Part shown: positions 1 to 12,225 of the stretch, piece by piece
Position numbering within the stretch: position 1 is the first letter of the stretch
How the letters are laid out: each line of letters starts with the position of its first letter
Origin: an uncultured delta proteobacterium
GTDB taxonomy: Bacteria > Myxococcota_A > Polyangia > Polyangiales > Polyangiaceae
Assembly (NCBI GenBank): GCA_963841435.1
Contig: CAWJCS010000005.1
Location: 1,056,001 to 1,120,000, forward strand
Reading direction: 5' to 3'
Length of the DNA stretch: 64,000 nucleotides
Made by a program: the position numbers and the translations under genes
The notes under the pieces: model-generated
Database searches by the model: none
What the model was told of the DNA's origin: nothing
Seen by the model: the letters and a program-made list of their open reading frames with translations, nothing else

Positions 1-1005
<1,005 letters not shown>

Positions 1006-1029
1006 GCCTGTCGCGAAAGGAAACGCGCC

Positions 1030-2776
1030 GTGAACGTCGCGAGCCTACTCGCCGAGCGCGTGCGAAAGGCCATCGTCAACGCGTTCGGCCCGGAGCACGC
1101 GGGCGCCGAACCCGCCGTGCACCGCTCGAGCTTCGCGGATTTCCAGGCCGATGCTGCGCTACGCCTCGCCAAGCCGCTCAAGAAGCCTCCGCTCGAGATC
1201 GCCAAGGCCATCGCCGGCGCGCTCGACGTTTCCGACCTCGTCGCCGAGGGGGGCGTCACCGTCACGCCGCCCGGCTTCGTGAACTTCGTGCTCGGTCGCC
1301 CTTTCCTCGAGGGCTCGCTCGCGCACGTGGCCGCCGGCGAGCGCGCGGGCGTCGGGCGCCTCGAGCAGGGGGAGGTCGTCGTCATCGACTACTCGGGGCC
1401 GAACATGGCCAAGGAGATGCACGTCGGCCACATCCGGAGCACCATCATCGGCGACGCGCTCGCGCGCGTGCTCGACTTCCTCGGGCATCGCGTGATTCGC
1501 CAGAACCACGTGGGAGACTGGGGCACGCCGTTCGGGATGCTCATCGAGCACCTCACGGACGTGGGAGCCGACACCGCGGCGCGCGAGCTCGGCCTCGGCG
1601 CGCTCAACGATTTTTACCAGGCAGCGCGCAAGAAGTTCGACTCCGATCCGGCATTCGCCGATCGCGCGCGGCGGCGCGTGGTCCTCCTGCAGAGCGGCGA
1701 TGCGCCGACGCTCGAGCACTGGCGCGTTCTCGTCGACGCCTCGCGCCGCTACTTCGACGGCGTCTACCGACGGCTGGGCGTGCTGCTCGTCAACGCCGAC
1801 GTGCGGGGCGAGAGCTTCTACAATCCCATGCTGCCCGAGATCGCGCGCGATCTCACGGAGCGCGGCATCGCGCGGGTCGAACGACGGCGCGCTGTGCGTG
1901 TTCATGGAAGAATTTCGGGGGCGCGACGACACGCCGCTGCCGCTCATCGTGCAGAAGAAGGACGGCGGATTCGGCTACGCCGCGACCGATCTCGCCGGGC
2001 TGCGTTTTCGCACCAAAGACCTCGGCGCCACACGCTTGCTCTACGTGATCGGCTCCCCGCAGGAACAGCACCTTTCGATGTGCTTCGCCGCCGCGCGCCG
2101 CGCGGGCTACCTGCCGGAGAGCGCGCGCGCCGAGCACGTACGTTTTGGTTCGATTCTCGGCAGCGACAAGAAGATGTTCCGCACGCGCGAGGGCGAAACC
2201 GTGCGCCTCGCCGCGTTGCTCGACGAGGCCGTCGCACGCGCGACGAGCGCCATCGCCGCGAAGAATCCGGATTTGCCCGTCGATCAGGTGGCGTCCGTGG
2301 CGGCCATGGTCGGCATCGGTGCGCTCAAGTACGCCGACCTCTCGAGCGACCGCACCAAGGACTACGTGTTCGACTGGGATCGCATGCTGGCGTTCGAGGG
2401 CAACACGGGGCCGTACCTGCAGTACGCCCATGCGCGGATCTGCTCCATCGAGCGGCGCGCGGCCGACGCCGGTATCACGCTCGAAGCGTCGCAGCCGTTC
2501 TCGCTTGCCGCCGAGGCGGAGCAGAAGCTCGCCGTCGAGCTGTTGGAGCTCGAGCCCACGCTGCTTTCGGTCGCCGACACGCTGCACCCGCATCGCCTTG
2601 CCGGGTACCTCTTCTCGCTGGCGACGGCGTTCACGACGTTCTACGAAAACTGCCCCGTGCTCCGTGCCGAAAGGCCCGAAGAAAAGCGCTCGCGCCTCGC
2701 GCTCTGCCAGGCGTCGCGGCAAGTCCTCGGCCAGGGGCTGCACCTGCTCGGCATGGAAGCCCCCGAGCGCATGTGA
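1030..2776 (+). CDS. argS: arginine--tRNA ligase, one +1 frameshift near 1880 (probable sequencing indel)
   Basis: DYSGPNMAKEMHVGHIRSTIIGD and NHVGDWGTPFGMLIE lie in the 1030 frame; PLIVQKKDGGFGYAATDLA, FEGNTGPYLQYAHAR and C-terminal ERM lie in the 1700..2776 frame. Confidence 0.92.
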
Positions 2777-2778
2777 CG

Positions 2779-3957
2779 ATGGAACCCGTGACGCTCGACG
2801 CGCTGTCGGCACGGGAGCACGAGCTTTCGGACGAAGAACGGCTGGTCCAAGGCAGCGTGCGGCGCTTCGTGCGCGAGCGCTACCTGCCGCGTGCAGCCGA
2901 GCTCTTCGAGCACGAAACGTTTCCGCGCGACCTCGTGCCGGAGCTCGCCGAGCTCGGCCTGCTCGGGGCGAGCATCAGCGGGTACGGCTGCGCCGGCATG
3001 GGGCCCGTGGCGTACGGCCTCGTGCTCGAGGAGCTCGAATACGGCGACAGCGCGCTCCGGAGCTTCGTGAGCGTGCAGGGCTCGCTCGCGATGAACGCCA
3101 TCGCGTTCTTCGGCACCCCCGACCAGAAAAAGCGCTACCTCCCCGCGATGGCGAGCGGCACGCTCGTCGGCTGCTTCGGCCTCACGGAGCCCGACAGCGG
3201 CTCCGACCCGGCGTCGATGCAGACGCGCGCGCGGCGCGACGGCGCGGGCTGGGTGCTCGACGGCACGAAGATGTGGATCACCAACGCGCCCATTGCCGAC
3301 CTTGCCGTGGTCTGGGCGAAGGTCGACGGCGGCGAGAGCGAGAGCGTGCGCGGTTTTTTGGTGGAGCGCGGCGATCCGGGCTTCGAGACGCCGCGCATCG
3401 CCGGCAAGCTGAGCCTTCGTGCCAGCGAAACCGGCGAAATCGTGCTCTCCGACTGTCGGTTGCCAGGCGAGCGCGCCCTCGAGCACAAGCCGGGCCTGGG
3501 CGCGGCGCTTCGCTGCCTCAACGAGGCCCGCTACGGCATCGCGTGGGGCGCGGTCGGCGCGGCCAAAGCCTGCTTCGAATGCGCCCGCGACTACGCGCGC
3601 GAGCGCCGGCAGTTCGACGGCCCCATCGCGAAAAAACAGCTCGTGCAAAAGGAGCTGGCCGACATGGCGACCGAGATCGTGAAGGCCGAGCTTCTCGCCC
3701 ACGCGTACGGCAGGCAAAAGCAAGCGACGGGTCACCTGTCACCCGAGCAAGTCTCGCTCGCCAAGCGCAACAACGTGGCCATGGCTCTCGACGTAGCGCG
3801 TAAGGCGCGCGCCCTGCTCGGCGCGAACGGGATCCTCCTCGACTACCCCGTCATGCGGCACCTCTTGAACCTCGAAAGCGTCTTCACCTACGAGGGCACG
3901 CACGAGATCCACACCCTCGTGCTCGGCAAGGCCCTCACCGGCGAGAGCGCGTTCTGA
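2779..3957 (+). CDS. acyl-CoA dehydrogenase, glutaryl-CoA dehydrogenase-like
   Basis: GCFGLTEPDSGSDP, GTKMWITN, KLSLRASETG, NLESVFTYEGTHEIHTL; start is GTG 2773 or ATG 2779, next to the argS stop. Confidence 0.88.
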   Translation: MEPVTLDALSAREHELSDEERLVQGSVRRFVRERYLPRAAELFEHETFPRDLVPELAELGLLGASISGYGCAGMGPVAYGLVLEELEYGDSALRSFVSVQGSLAMNAIAFFGTPDQKKRYLPAMASGTLVGCFGLTEPDSGSDPASMQTRARRDGAGWVLDGTKMWITNAPIADLAVVWAKVDGGESESVRGFLVERGDPGFETPRIAGKLSLRASETGEIVLSDCRLPGERALEHKPGLGAALRCLNEARYGIAWGAVGAAKACFECARDYARERRQFDGPIAKKQLVQKELADMATEIVKAELLAHAYGRQKQATGHLSPEQVSLAKRNNVAMALDVARKARALLGANGILLDYPVMRHLLNLESVFTYEGTHEIHTLVLGKALTGESAF

Positions 3958-4028
3958 GCGGTCCGCAGGGTGGTGTGCAAGCGGGGACGGCGCGTGGTAC
4001 GTTCGAACCCTTGGTGGTGGAGGGAACG

Positions 4029-5141
4029 ATGCTCGTCAGGCAAATCGGTTCGCTTTCGGTGGTGGTGGCAGCGCTCGGCTTTGCTGCGTGCGGGGGTGAT
4101 TCGCACGCTCCAGCTTCGGTGGGCAGCGGCGGCGCCGGGCAGGCGTCGGGCGGAACGGCCGGCAGCTCGGCGGGCCAGGGCGGCAGCGCCGGCAGCGCGG
4201 GCGGCGGTCGCGGAGGGTCCGACGCGGGCACCGGCGGCACGAACGCCGGGCGCGGCGGCTCGGATGCGGGAACCGGCGGCGCGAATTCGGGCAGCGGCGG
4301 CGGCTCGGGCGAAGCCGGCGCGGCGGCGGGCGACGGCGGGAGCGCCGGGCTCGGCGGCGGCGCGGGGACGTCGGGAGCCGGTGCGGGAGGCAGCGCCACG
4401 CTCGCGGACCTGGAAGACACGGTGTCCGCGTTTTGCGCGGCAGCGGCGACCTGCTGCTCGGAGCGCGGCGTCGCAACGGACCTCGTCGATTGTGAATCGA
4501 TGTACACGATGTATCAGACGGCCCTGCCGTCGCTGTCGACCGGCGCCATCACGCTCGACGCGGCGGCGCTCGCGCGCTGTCGCGCCGCGTACGCGAACGG
4601 CCCGGACCAGTGCAACCTCAACAAGGTCGTCGCCGCCTGCGAGGGTGTCTTCATCGGTCACCAGGGCGTCGACGAGCCGTGCATCGGCGGCTACGACTGC
4701 GACCGCTCCGAGGCCGCGATGACGTGCCTGATCACCGACACGACGGGCGACATGCCCACGGGCGTGTGCCGCACGGTGCCGCACGCGGGGCTCGACGAGC
4801 CGTGCAACTTTTCCTGCCGCTCGGGCGACAACTGCTCGAGCACGACGTTCGGCGGCGCCGACGCGAGCCCGCTCTGCTTCGAGGACGACGGGCTGTTCTG
4901 CGCATACGTCGGCCCGGACTCCGCGTGCCTTGCCATCGTGCCCCTGGGCGACCCGTGCGATAGGTTCAACGTCTGCGGCTCCGACGCTTACTGTGACACC
5001 ACCTGCAAGCCGCTGAGCGACCTCGGCGAGCCCTGCAGCAACGGTTGCCGCCACCAGTACCAGTGCGGCGACGGCGGCAACTGCGTGGATCCGAACTGGG
5101 CCACGGAGTCGGCGTGCATGGGCTACGCGCCCGGGCCGTGA
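4029..5141 (+). CDS. Cys-rich lipoprotein with long Gly/Ser/Ala linker
   Basis: GGAGGG RBS before ATG 4029; lipobox FAAC; ~100-aa G/S/A tract; many Cys in the C-terminal half. Confidence 0.8.
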   Translation: MLVRQIGSLSVVVAALGFAACGGDSHAPASVGSGGAGQASGGTAGSSAGQGGSAGSAGGGRGGSDAGTGGTNAGRGGSDAGTGGANSGSGGGSGEAGAAAGDGGSAGLGGGAGTSGAGAGGSATLADLEDTVSAFCAAAATCCSERGVATDLVDCESMYTMYQTALPSLSTGAITLDAAALARCRAAYANGPDQCNLNKVVAACEGVFIGHQGVDEPCIGGYDCDRSEAAMTCLITDTTGDMPTGVCRTVPHAGLDEPCNFSCRSGDNCSSTTFGGADASPLCFEDDGLFCAYVGPDSACLAIVPLGDPCDRFNVCGSDAYCDTTCKPLSDLGEPCSNGCRHQYQCGDGGNCVDPNWATESACMGYAPGP

Positions 5142-5171
5142 GCGCGCGGACGAGCGCGCCGCGGAGGAGAC

Positions 5172-6149
5172 TTACGGCGCCGTGACGCCGATCGTGATGA
5201 TGACGTCCGTCGGAGCGAGCAGAGGGTCGTTCGCGCCCTCCCGGCGCACCTTGCCCGTGCCCTGATCGGTGACCTCGACGACGACCTCGAGCGCGATCTT
5301 CGGGGCGGCCGGCGTGTCGGGAGCAAGACCGGGCCCCTCGCCGCGGTCGCTCGTGCGGATGCCGATGTCGACACCGGTGAGGGCCGCCACCGTGCTCGGC
5401 ACCCAGCGGTGAACGAGCGGGTCGTTTTCCGAGCGATTCTCGAAATGGAAGGCGTGGTTCACGTAGCTCGGTAGCGGATTGTCGCCGGGCTCGAGCGCCT
5501 GACCGTTGAGGCCCGTCGTCGGCGGGAACTTGATGAGGTTCATCACCGTCGCGAAATCGCGCGCGACCTCGTCCATATCGTCGTAGGTGAGCGTCCCATG
5601 GCGGCGCGAGGCCTCACCCGCGCTCGCCGGCTCGAGCGAGTAGTAGTATTCGTAGCCCGAGCGGTTCGGCAGGTACTCGCCGTTCTCGGCGTCCACGAGC
5701 GTGAGCCCGGGCCAGTAGCGTCCGAACTCCGTCCACGGATCGACGAGCAGCCACACGTTGTGGCGCTCGTTCTCGAGGTTGCTGAGCGTCCAGGTGAGCT
5801 GCACGCGGACGTCCGAGAGCGTGACCCACGGCATGCGGCCGTACGGCTCGACGACGCCGTCCTGCGGCGCGGGGACCGCGGAATCGGGCGCGAGGATCGG
5901 AAACGGGATGCCCTTTTTCACCTCGAACAGCGTGGTCTCGTCATCGCTGAAGATGGCGGGCGCCGTCGCGTCCATCGCCACCTGCTCGGGCGGCAAGATG
6001 CGCGTCTCCTCGGCGCCGCCGCACGCCACGCTCGTGAACGCGACGAGCGCCACCGACGCGGCGAGGGTTCTGGACCCCACCCAAGACCCCCGTGCGGGGC
6101 CGCGCCACCCCGGGCCGGAGAGGCCGTTCACAAGGATTTTTCGCATCAT
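5172..6149 (-). CDS. hypothetical lipoprotein
   Basis: Hydrophobic stretch ending SVAC-GG; GC3-biased frame; co-oriented with the AgmX/PglI-like gene. Confidence 0.75.
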   Translation of the reverse strand: MMRKILVNGLSGPGWRGPARGSWVGSRTLAASVALVAFTSVACGGAEETRILPPEQVAMDATAPAIFSDDETTLFEVKKGIPFPILAPDSAVPAPQDGVVEPYGRMPWVTLSDVRVQLTWTLSNLENERHNVWLLVDPWTEFGRYWPGLTLVDAENGEYLPNRSGYEYYYSLEPASAGEASRRHGTLTYDDMDEVARDFATVMNLIKFPPTTGLNGQALEPGDNPLPSYVNHAFHFENRSENDPLVHRWVPSTVAALTGVDIGIRTSDRGEGPGLAPDTPAAPKIALEVVVEVTDQGTGKVRREGANDPLLAPTDVIITIGVTAP

Positions 6150-6193
6150 CGCCGTCTTTCGCGAGATCCTAACCGGGATCCCCAGTCTGTCGC

Positions 6194-6209
6194 TTCAGTT
6201 TCCATGCCA
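6194..6209 (-). promoter_or_regulatory. possible variant sigma54 promoter (TGGCATGGAAACTGAA)
   Basis: Good -24 TGGCA with correct spacing, but the -12 reads TGAA rather than TTGC. Confidence 0.3.
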
Positions 6210-6229
6210 GGGGTGTCACACCCGGCACC

Positions 6230-7615
6230 TCAGCGCTTGCCCTTGAACACGAAGGGGAACGACGCGTTCGTCGGCTTGTCCGCCGTCGGGAACTTCAGGC
6301 GATTGAAGGTGCGCAGCATGCAACCCTCGACGCGCGGATTCCCGAGCGAGCTGTGCGACACGCTCGCAGACGCAACGCTGCCGCCGGGCGTCACGCCGAA
6401 CGATACGGTCACGCCACCCTTCGCGCCCGGGTCCTTGCCGAGCGCGATCTCGTAGCAAGCCTGGAAGGCGCCCATGCGCGACATCACGACGCGCCGGATC
6501 TGCTCCGGCGTGAGGCCCGAGCCGGGCTTGCCGGAGTTCGCGCCGGCCACCTTGCGCTCGCCGCCGCCCTCGCCCGTGCCTTCGCCGCCGCCGGGGCCGC
6601 CGCGACCGGGGCCGCCCAGGCCACGGCCGCCGGGACCGCCGGAGCCGCTGCCGAAACCAGCGCCGCGACCGGGGCCCCAGCCCGTGTCGAGCGTGCCTGA
6701 CCCGAACGGCACGCCACCTTCCTCGGTGCCGCCGCCGGCGGGTCCACCGCCGCGAAGTCCCGTGCCCGAGCCTTGCCCGAGCACGATCGAATCGGAGCGG
6801 AGGCCGCCGAGCGCGTCAGCCACCGAGCTGATCGTGCCGAGCGTCTTTCTCACTTCCTCACCGACGTCGGAATTGAGCGCCTCGGCCATGCCGCCGAGGC
6901 CCGCCGCGGGGTCACCGGTCTGCTTGGTCTCCTTCTCCGGCCCCTGCTTGCCGAGCTTGCCTTCGGCACCCTTCACCTTCTTGCCGCCACCCTGCGGCTT
7001 CTTGTCTTTGGCACCGGGGTCCGGCACGCCGCTGCCCTTTTCCTTCTCGGCGGCCTGGGGCGGCTCCGGAATGTCCTCGGGCTTGAGGTTCAGCTGCGCG
7101 AGCAGGTCGGCCTGCGTCGTGAGCTCGAGCGGCTTCGGGATGCCGCGCGGCGTCGTGATGGCCCACATGAGCGCGAGCCCGCCGCCCACGGCGATCATCG
7201 CGAACACGAATGACAGGAAGAATCCCCAGTCGAAGCGGCGTCGGCGCCGCATCGCGGGCACGGCCTCGGTAAACTGGAAAAAGACGCTGAAGTTGCCGTA
7301 CTGGATGAGGCCGTAGTCGCCGGCAACGATCGGAATGGGGGCGCCGGTCGCTGCGAGCGCGGCGGGGTTCTCGCGCCGCCCACGCAAGACGACCTCGCCG
7401 CTCGTGGCTCCACGCGCGTCGAGCTCCCAGCCCTGGGCGACCGCGCGGATCGGAAGATCGGCCATCATCGAGCCCTCGGGCTTGGCGACGACCGAATCGA
7501 GCGACTCGCCGAGCCTGAAGCTCTGACCACTCGCGAGCGCGCGAACCGTGAGCACCGTGGTGCCCCACACGGCGGCAGCGCGCAAAAGGACGGGTTGCGG
7601 CGCCGGTGCGCTCAT
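6230..7615 (-). CDS. AgmX/PglI (GltG-like) membrane protein with TonB-C-like C-terminal domain
   Basis: One TM helix, Pro/Lys then Gly-rich linker, C-terminal LTPEQIRRVV...FQACYE...LGNPRVEGCM...FP...FPFVF pattern. Confidence 0.8.
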   Translation of the reverse strand: MSAPAPQPVLLRAAAVWGTTVLTVRALASGQSFRLGESLDSVVAKPEGSMMADLPIRAVAQGWELDARGATSGEVVLRGRRENPAALAATGAPIPIVAGDYGLIQYGNFSVFFQFTEAVPAMRRRRRFDWGFFLSFVFAMIAVGGGLALMWAITTPRGIPKPLELTTQADLLAQLNLKPEDIPEPPQAAEKEKGSGVPDPGAKDKKPQGGGKKVKGAEGKLGKQGPEKETKQTGDPAAGLGGMAEALNSDVGEEVRKTLGTISSVADALGGLRSDSIVLGQGSGTGLRGGGPAGGGTEEGGVPFGSGTLDTGWGPGRGAGFGSGSGGPGGRGLGGPGRGGPGGGEGTGEGGGERKVAGANSGKPGSGLTPEQIRRVVMSRMGAFQACYEIALGKDPGAKGGVTVSFGVTPGGSVASASVSHSSLGNPRVEGCMLRTFNRLKFPTADKPTNASFPFVFKGKR

Positions 7616-8057
7616 TTCAGGGCCGGGCTCCGGCGCGTATCGGAAAGCTCGGGCATGAACGAGCGATGGCCGAGATCACCGGCCTCGAACTCGGCGCGGA
7701 CGCGCCGCAAGAAGTACACGATCTGGGGCGACTTGAGCCGGCCTTCGACCTCGACGGCGCTGAACTTGTACGTCTTCACGCCTTCGTCCTTTTTCGATTC
7801 CTCGACGGCCGTCACCTTGGTCCCTTTGCCTTCTCGGTTTCCTTGGTGACGCTCGTGCCGGCTGCCTTCACGGCGGGCTCGGGACCTTCCCCTTCGAGCT
7901 CGGTGCCTTTTTCGGGCTCCTTGCTCGCGCTCGTTTCCGTCGCGGCCTTGGGCGCTTTCTTGGGTGCACGCTTTGGCTTCGCGAACGTGGACGAGGCGAA
8001 GAAGAGCGCCACGAGCCCCACGAATCCGAGCAGTCGCAGCCGACGGCGAGGACGCAT
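7612..8057 (-). CDS. secreted GltF/CglF-like small protein, frameshift near 7828
   Basis: Signal peptide MRPRRRLRLLGFVGLVALFFASSTFA in one frame; YKFSAVEVEGRLKSPQIVYFLRR...RSFMPEL in the next; adding one G gives EKGKGTKVTAVEE. Confidence 0.6.
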
Positions 8058-8277
8058 CGAATCCCGGAGCATAATCGAAACGCCGGAGCGTCGCACGCGT
8101 CCTTGGACGCTCGGACGACCGGTCGGAGACGAAAGCATCTCTCCAGGCGACGATCGCGCACCTTCGCCCACACGGGCGCTACGCGTCACGTGGGGCGAAA
8201 GCGGGCTCCGACGCTGCGAGCGTTACACTGATGACAGACGCGGAGCGCCGACGACCGACACCTCGAACGCCACGCAT

Positions 8278-8847
8278 TCAGTGCCGCGTGAGCCTTGCGC
8301 CGTACACGAGGCCGCCGCGCGCCCTGTAAAGCGAGAGGACCCCGGCGGCGTGATCGGCGAGCACGCCGTCCACGACCTCGACGCCGCGCTCGGCGAGCTC
8401 CTTCTTCCAGCTCGGGCTGCGCGGGCCTTCGTCGAAGCCCACTGCTTGCGCCTGCTCGAGGCGCGCCCCGCAAACCAGGCGACTGACGCCCGACCAGTAC
8501 GTCGCGCCCAGGCATTGGACGCAAGGCTCGGAGCTCGTCACGAGCTCGTACGAACCGATGTCGAGCGTGTAGTTTTCGACGGTCGCCTGCGCGAACGCGA
8601 TCGCCACGATCTCGGCGTGCAACAGCGAAGAGCCTTGCTCCACGACGAAGTTCGCGCCCGGCGCCACGACGCGCCCCGTTTCACGCTCGAAGACGGCGGC
8701 TCCGAAGGGACCGCCGCCGTGGTCGATGTTCCGGCGCGCGATCTGGATGACAAGCTCCATTTTGGCGGTGTCGCTCGCGCGCGGCGACGCGAGATCGAGC
8801 TCGGCAAATATCCACGCGGGAAGTTGGAAGCTGAGTGAACGTTTCAT
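8278..8847 (-). CDS. nucleoside deaminase (cytidine/guanine deaminase-like Zn fold)
   Basis: GGPFGAAVF, HAEIVAI, EPCVQC, GFDEG motifs. Confidence 0.88.
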   Translation of the reverse strand: MKRSLSFQLPAWIFAELDLASPRASDTAKMELVIQIARRNIDHGGGPFGAAVFERETGRVVAPGANFVVEQGSSLLHAEIVAIAFAQATVENYTLDIGSYELVTSSEPCVQCLGATYWSGVSRLVCGARLEQAQAVGFDEGPRSPSWKKELAERGVEVVDGVLADHAAGVLSLYRARGGLVYGARLTRH

Positions 8848-9029
8848 GCTTGGCGTCGTCAGGGGCCAGCCTCGAACGGCGGCTCTCGCGAGACTAGCGC
8901 TGCGGGCGTTTCCGGCGAAAGTCTCCGGTCCTTCCGGAATCCGAGTCGCGAAGGAACCCCCCCAAGACCCGGTCGCCCCATGTCGGCTCGTCACGTCCCG
9001 CTGCGCCGCGCGCCTCCCTCGCACCGGCG

Positions 9030-10226
9030 TCAGAAGAGCTGGCCCGCAACCAAATAGAGGCCCACGGGGTGGGCGTCGGGCGACCAGGCGGCGTCAGCGC
9101 GTAAGACGAAGGAGTCGCCGGCGTGCCAGCGCGGCCCGCCACCGATACCGTATTTGAGCCCGAGGCCGTGACCGTCGAACGCGGGATTCTTCTTGTAGTC
9201 GAGCCACAGCCGGCCCGCGTCGAAGAAGCCCGTGAGGCCGAGGACGTTGTCCTTGCTGAAAGCGTGAAACCGAAAGAGCTCCGTCCGAAGCTCGAGGTTG
9301 CCGAAGAGCTTTGCCTTGCCGTAGTAGCGCTCGGCCGGCACGCCGCGAACGCCCTTCACGCCACCGATGGCGTAGGTATCGTCGTAGTGCGAAAGCTCGT
9401 AAAATGGCGGATCCCCGAACAGACCATCCGCGATGATCCGCACGGCGAGCGTGACGCGCCGTTCGAGCGGCACGTAGCCCCGAAGCGCCAGGTTCACGCG
9501 CGCGAAGCGATAGGGAAAGCCGTCCCAGCCGCCGGGCGACAGCTCGACGCGCAGGATGTGGTACTGCCCCGAGTGCGCGGACACCTCGTGATCGCGGCTG
9601 TCGAAGCCGACGCCATAGAAGGTCGTTGCGACGCCGTGTCGCTCACTCGGGTGCAGGTAGCGGCGTACCTCGGGCGACCCATGGTACATGTCGTCGTACA
9701 GCACGCTGCCTGGGCGGATCGTCATCCAGTTGTAGGATGCCCATAGGCCCCACGTGAGAAGCACCTGCTCGCTCGCGTGATAGCGACCCTGGAAGTCGAG
9801 CCGCGGGTGGGTCCAGCCGTATTCGTAGCGCTCGGCGATCGGATTCGTGCCAGCGGGGATTTCGGAAGCGTTGCCGAGACCGTAGTACGTGAGGTTCTGT
9901 TCTCGTGAGAAGTCGGCGACGAAGCGAACGCCGAAGCGTCCCTTGATGACGTGCGGGAATTCGATCACGACGTAGTCGTTGGCATACGGCACCTCGAAGT
10001 CCCCGTGCCCCGACTTGAAGGTGATCGATCCGGCGTTCTCGACGCGAAACACGTACGGCTCGTACCCCTCCACGACGCGCGCGAGGGACATGAGATAGCC
10101 GCCACCGAAACCGATGTCGCTCGTACCACCCACCGCGGGGACGATCGTGAGCTCGTTTCGTGGCTCGGCGGCGAGCGCGCTCGGTGCCAAGCTGGCGCAC
10201 AAGAAGAACCAGCGGAGCGACTTCAG
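9030..10226 (-). CDS. Omp85 (BamA/TamA)-family outer-membrane beta-barrel
   Basis: GGVKGVRG..ERYYG, NLELR, FFDAGRLW, terminal GQLF; CTG 10226 gives a signal peptide (first canonical start is TTG 10202). Confidence 0.8.
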   Translation of the reverse strand: MKSLRWFFLCASLAPSALAAEPRNELTIVPAVGGTSDIGFGGGYLMSLARVVEGYEPYVFRVENAGSITFKSGHGDFEVPYANDYVVIEFPHVIKGRFGVRFVADFSREQNLTYYGLGNASEIPAGTNPIAERYEYGWTHPRLDFQGRYHASEQVLLTWGLWASYNWMTIRPGSVLYDDMYHGSPEVRRYLHPSERHGVATTFYGVGFDSRDHEVSAHSGQYHILRVELSPGGWDGFPYRFARVNLALRGYVPLERRVTLAVRIIADGLFGDPPFYELSHYDDTYAIGGVKGVRGVPAERYYGKAKLFGNLELRTELFRFHAFSKDNVLGLTGFFDAGRLWLDYKKNPAFDGHGLGLKYGIGGGPRWHAGDSFVLRADAAWSPDAHPVGLYLVAGQLF

Positions 10227-12077
10227 AGCGAGACCCCCGAAAGCCAGCGATCGCTCACGAATGGCGTCACGTCGGTCAACCCGTTCGCGAGGGCGATTCC
10301 GACGTTGGCCATCTCCGAGGACAGGAGGAATGCCCCCCGGGGCGGGTGGGGCGCGAGCTCGACGTACCCCTTTGCTTCGAGGCGTCCGCTGCGCGCCTCG
10401 GGTACCTCGAGGCGTTGCTCGTCTTCGACGCGGCGCAACCGGACGCGCCCGTCGAGCGCACCGAGGCCCAGCGCCTCACCCGCGAGGGCCCGCAGCCACT
10501 TGGGGCCAATGAATAGGGAAAGCGCCGCATCGGCGTTCTCCGCGTGCAGGCGCATGTCCCCTGCCGCGCGGAATGGCCCCTTGGTCCACACGCGAAGCAT
10601 TTCGCTCAGCAAGGTAGCCGAGAATCCGGCCGTGCGCGCGTTTCCTGCGTCCAAAATGACCGATCCGAGCTCGATCCGCGGATGCTCGAAGATGAGCTCG
10701 TCGGGCACCGCCCCTGCTCTGCGCACCCGACTCGAGAGTTTGCCGCTCGCCGCCAGCGAGAACGAGGGGCGCGCGTAGCTCACGCCCTCGAGCGTCGCCG
10801 CCAGCGAGCCCCAGACCGACCCGTTCGCAGCCCGCGTGAGCTCGAGGCGGGCGCAAGCCGCACCGGCGAGACGACCGCCCGCGACGCTGGGCTCGGGCGT
10901 GAGCCATCCGAGCTCCGGGGCGCAAAGCCGGTGGAGCATCAAGGCGGCCGCGCCGAGTACCCTTTCGCGAGTGAGATTCTGCGGGGCCGACGCCCAAGAG
11001 AACGGCGATCGCCTCCACGAACGGCGGGTCCCCCGCGCGGTCTCGTGCTGACGCGGCCGTGAGCCGCGCGGCGCTCGAGCGGAGCTCGACCACGTCGGGG
11101 TCGTTCGACGGGACGACGAGCGACGCCTCCAACGAGCCGCCGACGCCCAGGCCCGCAGCGCCCGCCCGCACGCCGCGCGCGTGGAGCTCGACGTGCGACC
11201 CGGGACTGAGGACGCCGCGCTCGAGCGCGAGGTCGAACGCGAAGCTCGCGTCGCCCAGCAGCGACGCACCGAGCGCGGGCACGAGATACGCGTCGGCCGC
11301 TTCGAGACGCCCGCCGTCGAGCCTCCCGCGCACGCCGCCACTCACGTTGCGGAGCACCGCGAGACCGTCGAACTTGCGGATGTCGTGGTCCGCTACCCCG
11401 CAATCAATCGTGAGCTTGGTCTCGGCGGCGACCACGACGTTGCCGAGCGAAAGACGCCCCGGCCCGAGCTCGAGGCGAGCGGCGTCGACGCGGAGACGAC
11501 GAGCGGGCTCGAGGCGAAAGCCGCCCGTCGCCGTTCCGGCGCCGCGATACCGATACTCGAGAAGCCAGAGCTCCTGCAGGTGGGCCACAACGTCGTCGAG
11601 CTCGACCTGCCAGAGCGCGTACTCGGAGTCGGGGACCGGAGCAGGAGGGGGCCCCTCATACAGAGGCGGGTCGGAGAAGCCCGGAATACGCGGGAACGCC
11701 GCGAGCCGACGCTCGTTGCCCGCCACGGCGTGAACCTTGTGACGCATGCGAAAGCGCGTCCCGTCGGCTCGCACGGTGAGGGCGTGAAAGCGCCTCGACA
11801 CGAGCTCGTGAAGCGACACGTCGAGCTCACCGTGCGCGACCGCGACCTCGACTTGTACGTTGTAATCCTGGATGCGAACCACCAGGTTCTCGACCACGAC
11901 GCGACCCGGCCAGAGGCTATGCGCCGAGTCGAAGGTCACTTCCACGTCGCCGGACGAGCTCGCCAGACGCTGCACGATGCCAGTGCCGAGAATGGTGTTC
12001 ACGACCGCGAGGTACGCGAGCGTGAGCGAGGCGAGCACGAACACCAGTCGAATCGCGACCTTTTGCGCGAACTGCAC
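10223..12077 (-). CDS. membrane-anchored beta-rich hypothetical protein (AsmA/TamB-like), frameshift near 10985
   Basis: N-terminal TM (IRLVFVLASLTLAYLAVVN) then beta-strand-rich sequence; the coding frame switches at a C run; stop overlaps the Omp85 gene start. Confidence 0.6.
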
Positions 12078-12225
12078 CCGGCGCCCGTGAACGACCTCTC
12101 GCGCGAGCGGCCCTCGGCACGCGCCAACGACCGCGTTGGACCCCTCGCGGGAGCGCCACCTGGTTAGCGCGGCAATCCTCTGCCCGAACCGGCCTCCCAT
12201 CTTCCTCGTTGCTCTTGCGGCGACG

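Noticed and set aside
1030-3957. 975-aa ArgS/acyl-CoA dehydrogenase fusion ORF
   Set aside because: Artefact of the argS frameshift; the middle ~300 aa are off-frame and the true ArgS C-terminus ends at 2776
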